Assembly: GCA_040954595.2 (NCBI GenBank)
Contig: CM082596.2
Span: 2,474,999-2,538,998 of the forward strand
Origin: Balanoglossus misakiensis
Lineage: Eukaryota; Animalia; Hemichordata
Length of the DNA stretch: 64,000 bases
Direction: 5' to 3'
Below the pieces are notes generated by a model. The model was not told the DNA's origin. It made no database searches and saw only the letters and a program-made list of their open reading frames with translations. Positions 39,837 through 50,954 of the stretch are shown here, one piece after another. A program made the position numbers and the translations under genes. Position 1 is the first letter of the stretch, and every line of letters begins with the position of its first letter.

Positions 39837-41055
39837 GGAGATTAGGAAAGTGTGTTGGGTTAATAATGGGTAAAATATAAAGATGGGTTATGTAAAATGG
39901 GCAAATAATATTAAAAATGGGTTATGTAAAATGTGTAAAAAAACTTTCCCTTCTCCCAAAGGAAATTAGGAAAGTGTGGTGGGTTAAGAATGGGTAAAAT
40001 ATTAAAAATGGGTTATGTAAAATGGGAAAATAATATTAAAAATGGGTTATGTAAAATGTGTAAAAAAACTTTCCCTTCTCCCAAAGAAGATTAGGAAAGT
40101 GTGTCTGGTTAAGAATGGGTAAAATATTAAAAATGGGTTATGTAAAATGGGAAAATAATATTAAAAATGGGTTATGTAAAATGGGAATATAAACTTTCCC
40201 TTCTCCCAAAGGAGATTAGGAAAGTGTCTGGTTAAGAATGGGTAAAATATTAAAAATGGGTTATGTAAAATGGGAAAATCATATTAAAAATGGATTATGT
40301 AAAATGGGAATATATCCTTTAGGAAAGTGTGTTGGGTTAAGAATGGGTAAAATATTAAAAATGGGTTGTGTAAAATGGGAAAAAAAAACTTTCCCTTCTC
40401 CCAAAGGAGATTAGGAAAGTGTGTTGGGTTAAGAATGGGTAAAATATTAAAAATGGGTCATGTAAAATGTGTAAAAAAAACTTTCCCTTCTCCCAAAGGA
40501 GATAAGGAAAGTGTGTTGGGTTAAGAATGGGTAAAATATTAAAAAGGGGTTATGTAAAATGGGAAAATAATATTAAAAATGGGTTATGTAAAATGGGAAT
40601 ATAAACTTTCCCTTCTCCCAAAGGAGATTAGGAAAGTGTGTTGGGTTAAGAATGGGTAAAATATTAAAAATGGGTCATGTGAAATGTGTAAAAAAAACTT
40701 TCCCTTCTCCCAAAGGAGATTAGGAATGTGTGTTGGGTTAAGAATGGGTAAAATATTAAAAATGGGTTATGTAAAATGGGAAAATAATATTAAAAATGGT
40801 TATGTAAAATGGGAATATAAACTTTCCCTTCTCCCAAAGGAGATTAGGAAAGTGTGTTGGGTTAAAAATGGGTAAAATATTAAAAATGGGTTATGTAAAA
40901 TGTGTAAAAAAAACTTTCCCTTCTCCCAAAGGAGATTAGGAAAGTGTGTTGGGTTAAGAATGGGTAAAATAAAAAATGGGTTATGTTAAATGTGTAAAAA
41001 AACTTTCCCTTCTCTCAAAGGAGATTAGGAAAATGTGTTGGGTAAAATAGTAAAA
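39837..41055. repeat. G-rich modular minisatellite with ~92-bp and ~125-bp units
   Basis: About 10 intact copies of AACTTTCCCTTCTCCCAAAGGAGATTAGGAAAGT, separated by one or two copies of a ~33-bp AATATTAAAAATGGGTTATGTAAAATG(G/T)G module. Confidence 0.92.
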
Positions 41056-41204
41056 ATAATAATAAGTTGTGTTGAAAGATGGTTGGAATATTGGCTATGC
41101 ATGTTGCTGATTGTATACAGGTTTTCTCTATGAATGACCCGGCAGATAGTTTAACAAGTTATCTATTCTTCATTTCAGGCATAAGTAGATTACTAGTATT
41201 TTGT

Positions 41205-44200
41205 AGAGTCATTTCAGGTACTGGAAGTTTGAAGATCGCAAGAAGAAAAGCAGAATTGGGGTCTGTAATTTAACTTGATTAATTGCTGGAGCTCTCCGGA
41301 AGCCCAGAGCTTCCGGACAGCTCCAACGATTCGGTATTCATTAAAAGTGACCGCGGATGATACAGTTGAAATGCTGAGCTGACTTTGATGCCTGTGAAAT
41401 CTATTAACCATATCTCTCGTATTCCTAGTCTTTTTAGAGTCATTTCAGGTGCTAGAAGTTTGAAGATAGAAGTTTGTCAAGACCATGCAGGAGTGGCTAG
41501 CAGAATTGGGGTCTGTAACGATCAATCGTTGGAGCTCTCCGGAAGCCCAGAGCTTCCGGACAGTTCCAACGATTCGGTATTCATTAAAAGTGACCGCGGA
41601 TGATACAGTTGAAATGCTGAGCTGACTTTGATGCCTGTGAAATCTATTAACCATATCTCTCGTATTCCTAGTCTTTTTAGAGTCATTTCAGGTGCTAGAA
41701 GTTTGAAGATAGAAGTTTGTCAAGACCATGCAGGAGCGGCTAGCAGAATTGGGGTCTGTAACGATCAATCGTTGGAGCTCTCCGGAAGCCCAGAGCTTCC
41801 GGACAGTTCCAACGATTCGGTATTCATTAAAAGTGACCGCGGATGATACAGTTGAAATGCTGAGCTGACTTTGATGCCTGTGAAATCTATTAACCATATC
41901 TCTCGTATTCCTAGTCTTTTTAGAGTCATTTCAGGTGCTAGAAGTTTGAAGATAGAAGTTTGTCAAGACCATGCAGGAGCGGCTAGCAGAATTGGGGTCT
42001 GTAACGATCAATCGTTGGAGCTCTCCGGAAGCCCAGAGCTTCCGGACAGTTCCAACGATTCGGTATTCATTAAAAGTGACCGCGGATGATACAGTTGAAA
42101 TGCTGAGCTGACTTTGATGCCTGTGAAATCTATTAACCATATCTCTCGTATTCCTAGTCTTTTTAGAGTCATTTCAGGTGCTAGAAGTTTGTCAAGACCA
42201 TGCAGGAGCGGCTAGCAGAATTGGGGTCTGTAACGATCAATCGTTGGAGCTCTCCGGAAGCCCAGAGCTTCCGGACAGTTCCAACGATTCGGTATTCATT
42301 AAAAGTGACCGCGGATGATACAGTTGAAATGCTGAGCTGACTTTGATGCCTGTGAAATCTATTAACCATATCTCTCGTATTCCTAGTCTTTTTAGAGTCA
42401 TTTCAGGTGCTAGAAGTTTGAAGATAGAAGTTTGTCAAGACCATGCAGGAGCGGCTAGCAGAATTGGGGTCTGTAACGATCAATCGTTGGAGCTCTCCGG
42501 AAGCCCAGAGCTTCCGGACAGTTCCAACGATTCGGTATTCATTAAAAGTGACCGCGGATGATACAGTTGAAATGCTGAGCTGACTTTGATGCCTGTGAAA
42601 TCTATTAACCATATCTCTCGTATTCCTAGTCTTTTTAGAGTCATTTCAGGTGCTAGAAGTTTGAAGATAGAAGTTTGTCAAGACCATGCGGGAGCGGCTA
42701 GCAGAATTGGGGTCTGTACGATCAATCGTTGGAGCTCTCCGGAAGCCCAGAGCTTCCGGACAGTTCCAACGATTCGGTATTCATTAAAAGTGACCGCGGA
42801 TGATACAGTTGAAATGCTGAGCTGACTTTGATGCCTGTGAAATCTATTAACCATATCTCTCGTATTCCTAGTCTTTTTAGAGTCATTTCAGGTGCTAGAA
42901 GTTTGAAGATAGAAGTTTGTCAAGACCATGCGGGAGCGGCTAGCAGAATTGGGGTCTGTAACGATCAATCGTTGGAGCTCTCCGGAAGCCCAGAGCTTCC
43001 GGACAGTTCCAACGATTCGGTATTCATTAAAAGTGACCGCGGATGATACAGTTGAAATGCTGAGCTGACTTTGATGCCTGTGAAATCTATTAACCATATC
43101 TCTCGTATTCCTAGTCTTTTTAGAGTCATTTCAGGTGCTAGAAGTTTGAAGATAGAAGTTTGTCAAGACCATGCAGGAGCGGCTAGCAGAATTGGGGTCT
43201 GTAACGATCAATCGTTGGAGCTCTCCGGAAGCCCAGAGCTTCCGGACAGTTCCAACGATTCGGTATTCATTAAAAGTGACCGCGGATGATACAGTTGAAA
43301 TGCTGAGCTGACTTTGATGCCTGTGAAATCTATTAACCATATCTCTCGTATTCCTAGTCTTTTTAGAGTCATTTCAGGTGCTAGAAGTTTGAAGATAGAA
43401 GTTTGTCAAGACCATGCGGGAGCGGCTAGCAGAATTGGGGTCTGTAACGATCAATCGTTGGAGCTCTCCGGAAGCCCAGAGCTTCCGGACAGTTCCAACG
43501 ATTCGGTATTCATTAAAAGTGACCGCAGATGATACAGTTGAAATGCTGAGCTGACTTTGATGCCTGTGAAATCTATTAACCATATCTCTCGTATTCCTAG
43601 TCTTTTTAGAGTCATTTCAGGTGCTAGAAGTTTGAAGATAGAAGTTTGTCAAGACCATGCGGGAGCGGCTAGCAGAATTGGGGTCTGTAACGATCAATCG
43701 TTGGAGCTCTCCGGAAGCCCAGAGCTTCCGGACAGTTCCAACGATTCGGTATTCATTAAAAGTGACCGCGGATGATACAGTTGAAATGCTGAGCTGACTT
43801 TGATGCCTGTGAAATCTATTAACCATATCTCTCGTATTCCTAGTCTTTTTAGAGTCATTTCAGGTGCTAGAAGTTTGAAGATAGAAGTTTGTCAAGACCA
43901 TGCGGGAGCGGCTAGCAGAATTGGGGTCTGTAACGATCAATCGTTGGAGCTCTCCGGAAGCCCAGAGCTTCCGGACAGTTCCAACGATTCGGTATTCATT
44001 AAAAGTGACCGCGGATGATACAGTTGAAATGCTGAGCTGACTTTGATGCCTGTGAAATCTATTAACCATATCTCTCGTATTCCTAGTCTTTTTAGAGTCA
44101 TTTCAGGTGCTAGAAGTTTGAAGATAGAAGTTTGTCAAGACCATGCGGGAGCGGCTAGCAGAATTGGGGTCTGTAACGATCAATCGTTGGAGCTCTCCGG

Positions 44201-46847
44201 AAGCCCAGAGCTTCCGGACAGTTCCAACGATTCGGTATTCACTAAAAGTGACCGCGGATGATACAGTTGAAATGCTGAGCTGACTTTGATGCCTGTGAAA
44301 TCTATTAACCATATCTCTCGTATTCCTAGTCTTTTTAGAGTCATTTCAGGTGCTAGAAGTTTGAAGATAGAAGTTTGTCAAGACCATGCAGGAGCGGCTA
44401 GCAGAATTGGGGTCTGTAACGATCAATCGTTGGAGCTCTCCGGAAGCCCAGAGCTTCCGGACAGTTCCAACGATTCGGTATTCATTAAAAGTGACCGCGG
44501 ATGATACAGTTGAAATGCTGAGCTGACTTTGATGCCTGTGAAATCTATTAACCATATCTCTCGTATTCCTAGTCTTTTTAGAGTCATTTCAGGTGCTAGA
44601 AGTTTGAAGATAGAAGTTTGTCAAGACCATGCGGGAGCGGCTAGCAGAATTGGGGTCTGTAACGATCAATCGTTGGAGCTCTCCGGAAGCCCAGAGCTTC
44701 CGGACAGTTCCAACGATTCGGTATTCATTAAAAGTGACCGCGGATGATACAGTTGAAATGCTGAGCTGACTTTGATGCCTGTGAAATCTATTAACCATAT
44801 CTCTCGTATTCCTAGTCTTTTTAGAGTCATTTCAGGTGCTAGAAGTTTGAAGATAGAAGTTTGTCAAGACCATGCAGGAGCGGCTAGCAGAATTGGGGTC
44901 TGTAACGATCAATCGTTGGAGCTCTCCGGAAGCCCAGAGCTTCCGGACAGTTCCAACAATTCGGTATTCATTAAAAGTGACCGCGGATGATACAGTTGAA
45001 ATGCTGAGCTGACTTTGATGCCTGTGAAATCTATTAACCATATCTCTCGTATTCCTAGTCTTTTTAGAGTCATTTCAGGTGCTAGAAGTTTGAAGATAGA
45101 AGTTTGTCAAGACCATGCAGGAGCGGCTAGCAGAATTGGGGTCTGTAACGATCAATCGTTGGAGCTCTCCGGAAGCCCAGAGCTTCCGGACAGTTCCAAC
45201 GATTCGGTATTCATTAAAAGTGACCGCGGATGATACAGTTGAAATGCTGAGCTGACTTTGATGCCTGTGAAATCTATTAACCATATCTCTCGTATTCCTA
45301 GTCTTTTTAGAGTCATTTCAGGTGCTAGAAGTTTGAAGATAGAAGTTTGTCAAGACCATGCGGGAGCGGCTAGCAGAATTGGGGTCTGTAACGATCAATC
45401 GTTGGAGCTCTCCGGAAGCCCAGAGCTTCCGGACAGTTCCAACGATTTGGTATTCACTAAAAGTGACCGCGGATGATACAGTTGAAATGCTGAGCTGACT
45501 TTGATGCCTGTGAAATCTATTAACCATATCTCTCGTATTCCTAGTCTTTTTAGAGTCATTTCAGGTGCTAGAAGTTTGAAGATAGAAGTTTGTCAAGACC
45601 ATGCAGGAGCGGCTAGCAGAATTGGGGTCTGTAACCATCAATCGTTGGAGCTCTCCGGAAGCCCAGAGCTTCCGGACAGTTCCAACGATTCGGTATTCAT
45701 TAAAAGTGACCGCGGATGATACAGTTGAAATGCTGAGCTGACTTTGATGCCTGTGAAATCTATTAACCATATCTCTCGTATTCCTAGTCTTTTTAGAGTC
45801 ATTTCAGGTGCTAGAAGTTTGAAGATAGAAGTTTGTCAAGACCATGCGGGAGCGGCTAGCAGAATTGGGGTCTGTAACGATCAATCGTTGGAGCTCTCCG
45901 GAAGCCCAGAGCTTCCGGACAGTTCCAACGATTCGGTATTCATTAAAAGTGACCGCGGATGATACAGTTGAAATGCTGAGCTGACTTTGATGCCTGTGAA
46001 ATCTATTAACCATATCTCTCGTATTCCTAGTCTTTTTAGAGTCATTTCAGGTGCTAGAAGTTTGAAGATAGAAGTTTGTCAAGACCATGCAGGAGCGGCT
46101 AGCAGAATTGGGGTCTGTAACGATCAATCGTTGGAGCTCTCCGGAAGCCCAGAGCTTCCGGACAGTTCCAACGATTCGGTATTCATTAAAAGTGACCGCG
46201 GATGATACAGTTGAAATGCTGAGCTGACTTTGATGCCTGTGAAATCTATTAACCATATCTCTCGTATTCCTAGTCTTTTTAGAGTCATTTCAGGTGCTAG
46301 AAGTTTGAAGATAGAAGTTTGTCAAGACCATGCGGGAGCGGCTAGCAGAATTGGGGTCTGTAACGATCAATCGTTGGAGCTCTCCGGAAGCCCAGAGCTT
46401 CCGGACAGTTCCAACGATTCGGTATTCATTAAAAGTGACCGCGGATGATACAGTTGAAATGCTGAGCTGACTTTGATGCCTGTGAAATCTATTAACCATA
46501 TCTCTCGTATTCCTAGTCTTTTTAGAGTCATTTCAGGTGCTAGAAGTTTGAAGATAGAAGTTTGTCAAGACCATGCAGGAGCGGCTAGCAGAATTGGGGT
46601 CTGTAACGATCAATCGTTGGAGCTCTCCGGAAGCCCAGAGCTTCCGGACAGTTCCAACGATTCGGTATTCATTAAAAGTGACCGCGGATGATACAGTTGA
46701 AATGCTGAGCTGACTTTGATGCCTGTGAAATCTATTAACCATATCTCTCGTATTCCTAGTCTTTTTAGAGTCATTTCAGGTGCTAGAAGTTTGAAGATAG
46801 AAGTTTGTCAAGACCATGCAGGAGCGGCTAGCAGAATTGGGGTCTGT
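41205..46847. repeat. 243-bp satellite array (~23 units, near-identical)
   Basis: The 243-bp period is visible in the ORF track (41385, 41628, 41871...46473). One unit has a 14-bp deletion, one has a 1-bp deletion, and the first unit is diverged. Confidence 0.97.
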
Positions 46848-47675
46848 GATTTCACTCTGTGTTTTATTGTTAATTCATTGTAAATATTCATTAAGTTGTT
46901 TCATAGTATATTTTTATTTTTTAAAATTACTGACATAATAATGTAGAATGTCATCAATACAACTCAGATGTGTCAAGGTAAACATTGGTTGTTTGATCTT
47001 CATTTGTGTTCAGATTTGTCAAGGTTGTTGTGTTGTGGTCTGTGTTCGATGGTCTTGTTGTGGGTCGGTGGTCTTTGTTGGGTTCTGTGGTCTTTGGGGT
47101 GTTCTGGTGTCATTGGTTCGGTCATTGGTTCGGTTGTCTGGCAATGGTTGGTTGTAATCTTAGGTTAGGTGACCTTTTGGGAGGTATTGATGACTTTTAT
47201 GTTGTTTTTTAGTGTTCTAATATCTATTTTGTTTATAAATTTAATAATAATACATAGTTAAAAGTTTGCATGATGAATGCTATTTCCATTTTCTAGCTTT
47301 GTGGAATGGCGTCATACATTGCAACTTTAATTGTATCACTATCCTGTCTTTCCTCTCACTATCCTCTTTCTTAAAAGCTAGGAGCAGAATTGGAAATGAC
47401 TAAATTTTCAAAATGTTTTCAATTTGGATACTTGTGTTTGTTAAAGTGACAACAGAAAGGTTGTCTAAACTGCTGCTGACTAAGCAACCCCAAAACTTGT
47501 AAAAATAATGAAATTTGCAATGAATTCTGCTCATGGTTCCGTGACAATATCTTCTTTCTGATGTTATTTGAATTGATCATTTGGCATTTGCTTCTGCAAA
47601 TAAATTGCTGTAGAAATAAAAATGAAATTCAAGAAATTGAAAATCATAGAGAACTTCAACTATGTACTGTCACTG

Positions 47676-47694
47676 GACCGCTAGGGGGCGCAGC
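47676..47694 (+). promoter_or_regulatory. CTCF-type binding motif
   Basis: CCGCTAGGGGGCGC closely matches the CTCF core consensus. It lies between the satellite block and the DNAJC11 promoter. Confidence 0.5.
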
Positions 47695-48881
47695 TATTGT
47701 AAGCTGTGGATGTCTCAATAAAACCGAGACACATTGCACCATTATAATATTCCAACTTTCGCCGCTTATGGCACACTTTGTGTCATTGGTTGGTCTGGCA
47801 GTGATCAGGCATGTGGTTTGACATCACCTAAGGTGAGGACATCACTTTAGGTAATGTCTTGCCCTTGTTTTTAACTTTTGACATATGTACGTGTTTTACC
47901 TTTCATGTAATTGCTTTACTGTTCTTGTTCAATTTATTTGATGTACTTTACAATTTACACTTGGGACAAGCTATAAAGAGAGTGAATCTGTCATATATCC
48001 CATGTGTTAAATGTCACTCACTGTATCAATTATTTGTAATTTTGCATCATTATCTTAAATTCTCAATTTCTGTTGTTTTTTTAAGGATGACATCCTCAGC
48101 AAGGCACGTTTGATATTTTGTTGGCTTCAGGTTTCCAGGTTTTTTCCTGGGCCGACTTGTATGCTGCTATTGCTATGAAATAAAAGCTGGTTAAGTTATA
48201 TACAAGAATATTGTGTGCTGCATTGTTTTCTGTTTCTTCCCCATGCTCTATGTATACCATGTGCTACCTGCCTGCATTTTTAGGTAGTATATCATATAAT
48301 GTACACGCCTTGAAAATCACTTTTTTCTTGTATTATGCTGAATGCAACATTTGATTATTCTCTCTTGGAATTGAGAATACGAAGTGGAGATACTGTGCAA
48401 AAATTTGAATGATAGAACTGTCTCAAATTTGAAATTCAAAATGGCCGTCAAATTATTAGTGATTTTTATGAAAACAAAATGAACATGCACCCTATATTTT
48501 ATTGCTTTGTTTTCAAAGAGAATCTTCGCACACTTCAACATAGGAAAGACTTGAAAGCTTTTGGTGACTTATTTTTATGAAAACCTGTTGCCTGGCATTT
48601 AAAAAAAGTTTGATTAATTCAACTGCAGTTTGTCATTTAACTTCTTAAAGAAAGTTACAGACACAGTAACTTATACACAAAGACTATATATCTAGGCCCC
48701 ATTGTAAAAGTGATTGTATGACACCTACAGAATCAGAAATCTGCTTCGGGAGGGGTGGGGATAGTTGTACGGTAAATGTATTTTGATTATTGCCCAATAA
48801 TTTAAACTTGGCCATCGAGGGCGCTTTTGCCATGTTGCACAGTGCAACGCCCTCATAGGCCAAGAAACGAGTTTATACAAA

Positions 48882-48959
48882 ATGGCGGCGCCCATTGGAG
48901 ACGACGACTTGCCTCCAAGAAATGACGATTTTTACTCGTTATTAAACGCACGGAAAGAG
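48882..48959 (+). CDS. DNAJC11: DnaJ homolog subfamily C member 11, first coding exon (rest not found in window)
   Basis: Encodes MAAPIGDDDLPPRNDDFYSLLNARKE, compared with the recalled vertebrate N-terminus [24 protein letters not shown]. A YY1-type CAAAATGGCGGC motif overlaps the ATG, the surroundings are CpG-rich, and the exon ends at AG|GCAAGT. Confidence 0.7.
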
Positions 48960-49978
48960 GCAAGTGTTGAGTACAGTGTTTATATAGTTTAAATTTTTAA
49001 TGATAACATAAAGATCTTAATTATTGAGTGACACGCCGTATAATTCGCTGAAAACACGTTCGCTGAAAACACAGTTTGTGCACGTGCACGATATGAATCC
49101 GTACTAAGTTATGGAACTATGGGTGCTTGTTTTCCTGTCCCTATATTTGCAAAAACATGCTCAGCCTCGCAGTTAGGACCAGCATAGTATCATGTAGTGT
49201 ATAGTGTAACTCGAGGCGCGTTCTGCGTGTAGTAAAACGCGCCCGACTTCTTCGGCAGTTCATGTGTTGTTATCATCTCAAAATTTTCTAATTCGTGGGA
49301 GAAATGATATCCCAGAACAGGCCCCTGGCGTGTAGCTATATTTCTATAGTATTAGTTACTCCGGTACATGTATAGTTATTTAGCATGACACGCGTACGTG
49401 TGCGCGCGTGAGTGCTTGGGGGCGGGGCGCGCCGGGCGGAGTTTCCACTGAGGCGATAAGAGCGCCCCCAAGCGGACAAAAAGTGTATGAATCGAGCGCT
49501 TTTTCCTCAAAAGTTTGCGTTGGCTTTTATCATTCAAAACAATGAACTTGAGTCAAATTTCATCAGACTGGATAAAACCTATAAGGAAAAGGGAATGAAA
49601 AGTGGTTATTAAAATACATTCAGTGTAGACGGAAAATAGCATCAAGTTGGAAAATAAATTGAGTTCATACTAAACTGAGCAGTAAATTTATTTTTCATCA
49701 AACTACAAATAAATTACAAGTGACTGAAAAATAAATAATTTCATGAAACTTTTAAAATGCATGTTAAATATGGCAGTAGTTATTAAAGTTTGCATCAGTA
49801 AGAGTGTGAATTTTTGCAAGAAATCTGTGTTTCCATATCAACTGAAAGTAGATTTCCTTATTCTACTCCACAGTACATGTTGAAGTTTCCGATTTGACCA
49901 ATATCTGTACAATGTCTCGTCAAGTGTAGATCCAGCCTTGCTAAAGGTAAGATAATAATACATACATACACATACATA

Positions 49979-50160
49979 GTTTGACTGGCCATGAGGGTAA
50001 CATCATACGTTTGTCTCCCTGAGGGACAGTGAGGGACTGTCTATTCTGCATGTGTTCCAGAGGCCAAAGGCCGAGGGAACAAGACCGAATCGGAGTGACT
50101 CATAGGCATGAGGGGACACAGACGTATGCTGTTATACCTGAATATGGTCTGCAGTCAACT
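49979..50160. mobile_element. Degenerate inverted-repeat (MITE-like) element
   Basis: The arms GACTGGCCAT...TAACATCATACGTTTGTCTCCCT and AGGGGACACAGACGTATGCTGTTA...ATGGTC..CAGTC are imperfect reverse complements, with a central GGCCAAAGGCC. Confidence 0.45.
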
Positions 50161-50954
50161 TCACTGAAGCTGAAGGAGAAGAATGAAGAATTAACTCCCG
50201 TAAAGCTCCATGGAAAGATATCTGATGTCACTCTTGTGTCTGCGCAACATGCACATTTTTTGTGTAGAAAGTCAAATCTGCAGTTCAGCAGTATGGTAGA
50301 TCGACAGATTATATTCCTGTACGGTACTTCAGTGTGTAGGCATTTAACATGTAAAAGTTTGTTACATGTATCTCTGCTGCATTGCAGCTTGATTGAATAG
50401 TGTTTAAACAAGATTAACTGTACTGGGTATTTCTCGCTCCAAGTTAGGTTAGTTCAATAAGTAAGATTATCTTCTAGAAAAATCCACATCATAAAATTAT
50501 TAACGTACTACTTAATTAGTGTTATTTGTTCAAGAAGAATAAATTTTTACACCAGTTCTCACATGTCAGTGGACCGGAGGTTTTGGCTATCGTCGTATAC
50601 GGGTGCTCTTCTGCATAGTTTGTCTGCGAATATATGTAGCTTTTGTCTTGAGGACAAAATTGGTGATATCCGAATTTTTAAAATATCACGGTTTGAATTG
50701 CATCGTCCCGGTAATTCTCGATGAGCACCATCTGTGTCCGCTCGTCGGAAATTATTGCGCAATGCTGACCTGCATTGGTCATCATGCATGCGCACAGCTC
50801 AGTGTTTCTACTCAGCTTTATCATTGTCTGAATCCCAATGTTCGCTGAGACTCCAGTGTTTGCAGGGAGCAACTTTAAAAGTTGACTCAACATTGTTCCT
50901 CTGTTGCATCGGAACGGTTGCACAGGAACGATCAACACCCTACCAGAGTTCACT

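Noticed and set aside
41500-41650. Hammerhead or twister ribozyme in the satellite monomer
   Set aside because: No CUGANGA core on either strand (only CGGATGA...GAAA without proper stems), and no twister consensus could be fitted by eye. An Infernal scan would be needed to exclude it fully.
41385-46742. Repeated 69-72 aa ORFs on both strands as a tandem gene family
   Set aside because: They are products of the satellite period. The + strand ORFs start at TTG, no domain is recognisable, and two units are frameshifted.
41205-46847. CRISPR-like array (palindromic repeats at regular spacing)
   Set aside because: Sequence between the hairpins is identical in all units (no unique spacers), the period is 243 bp, the context is eukaryotic, and no cas genes are present.
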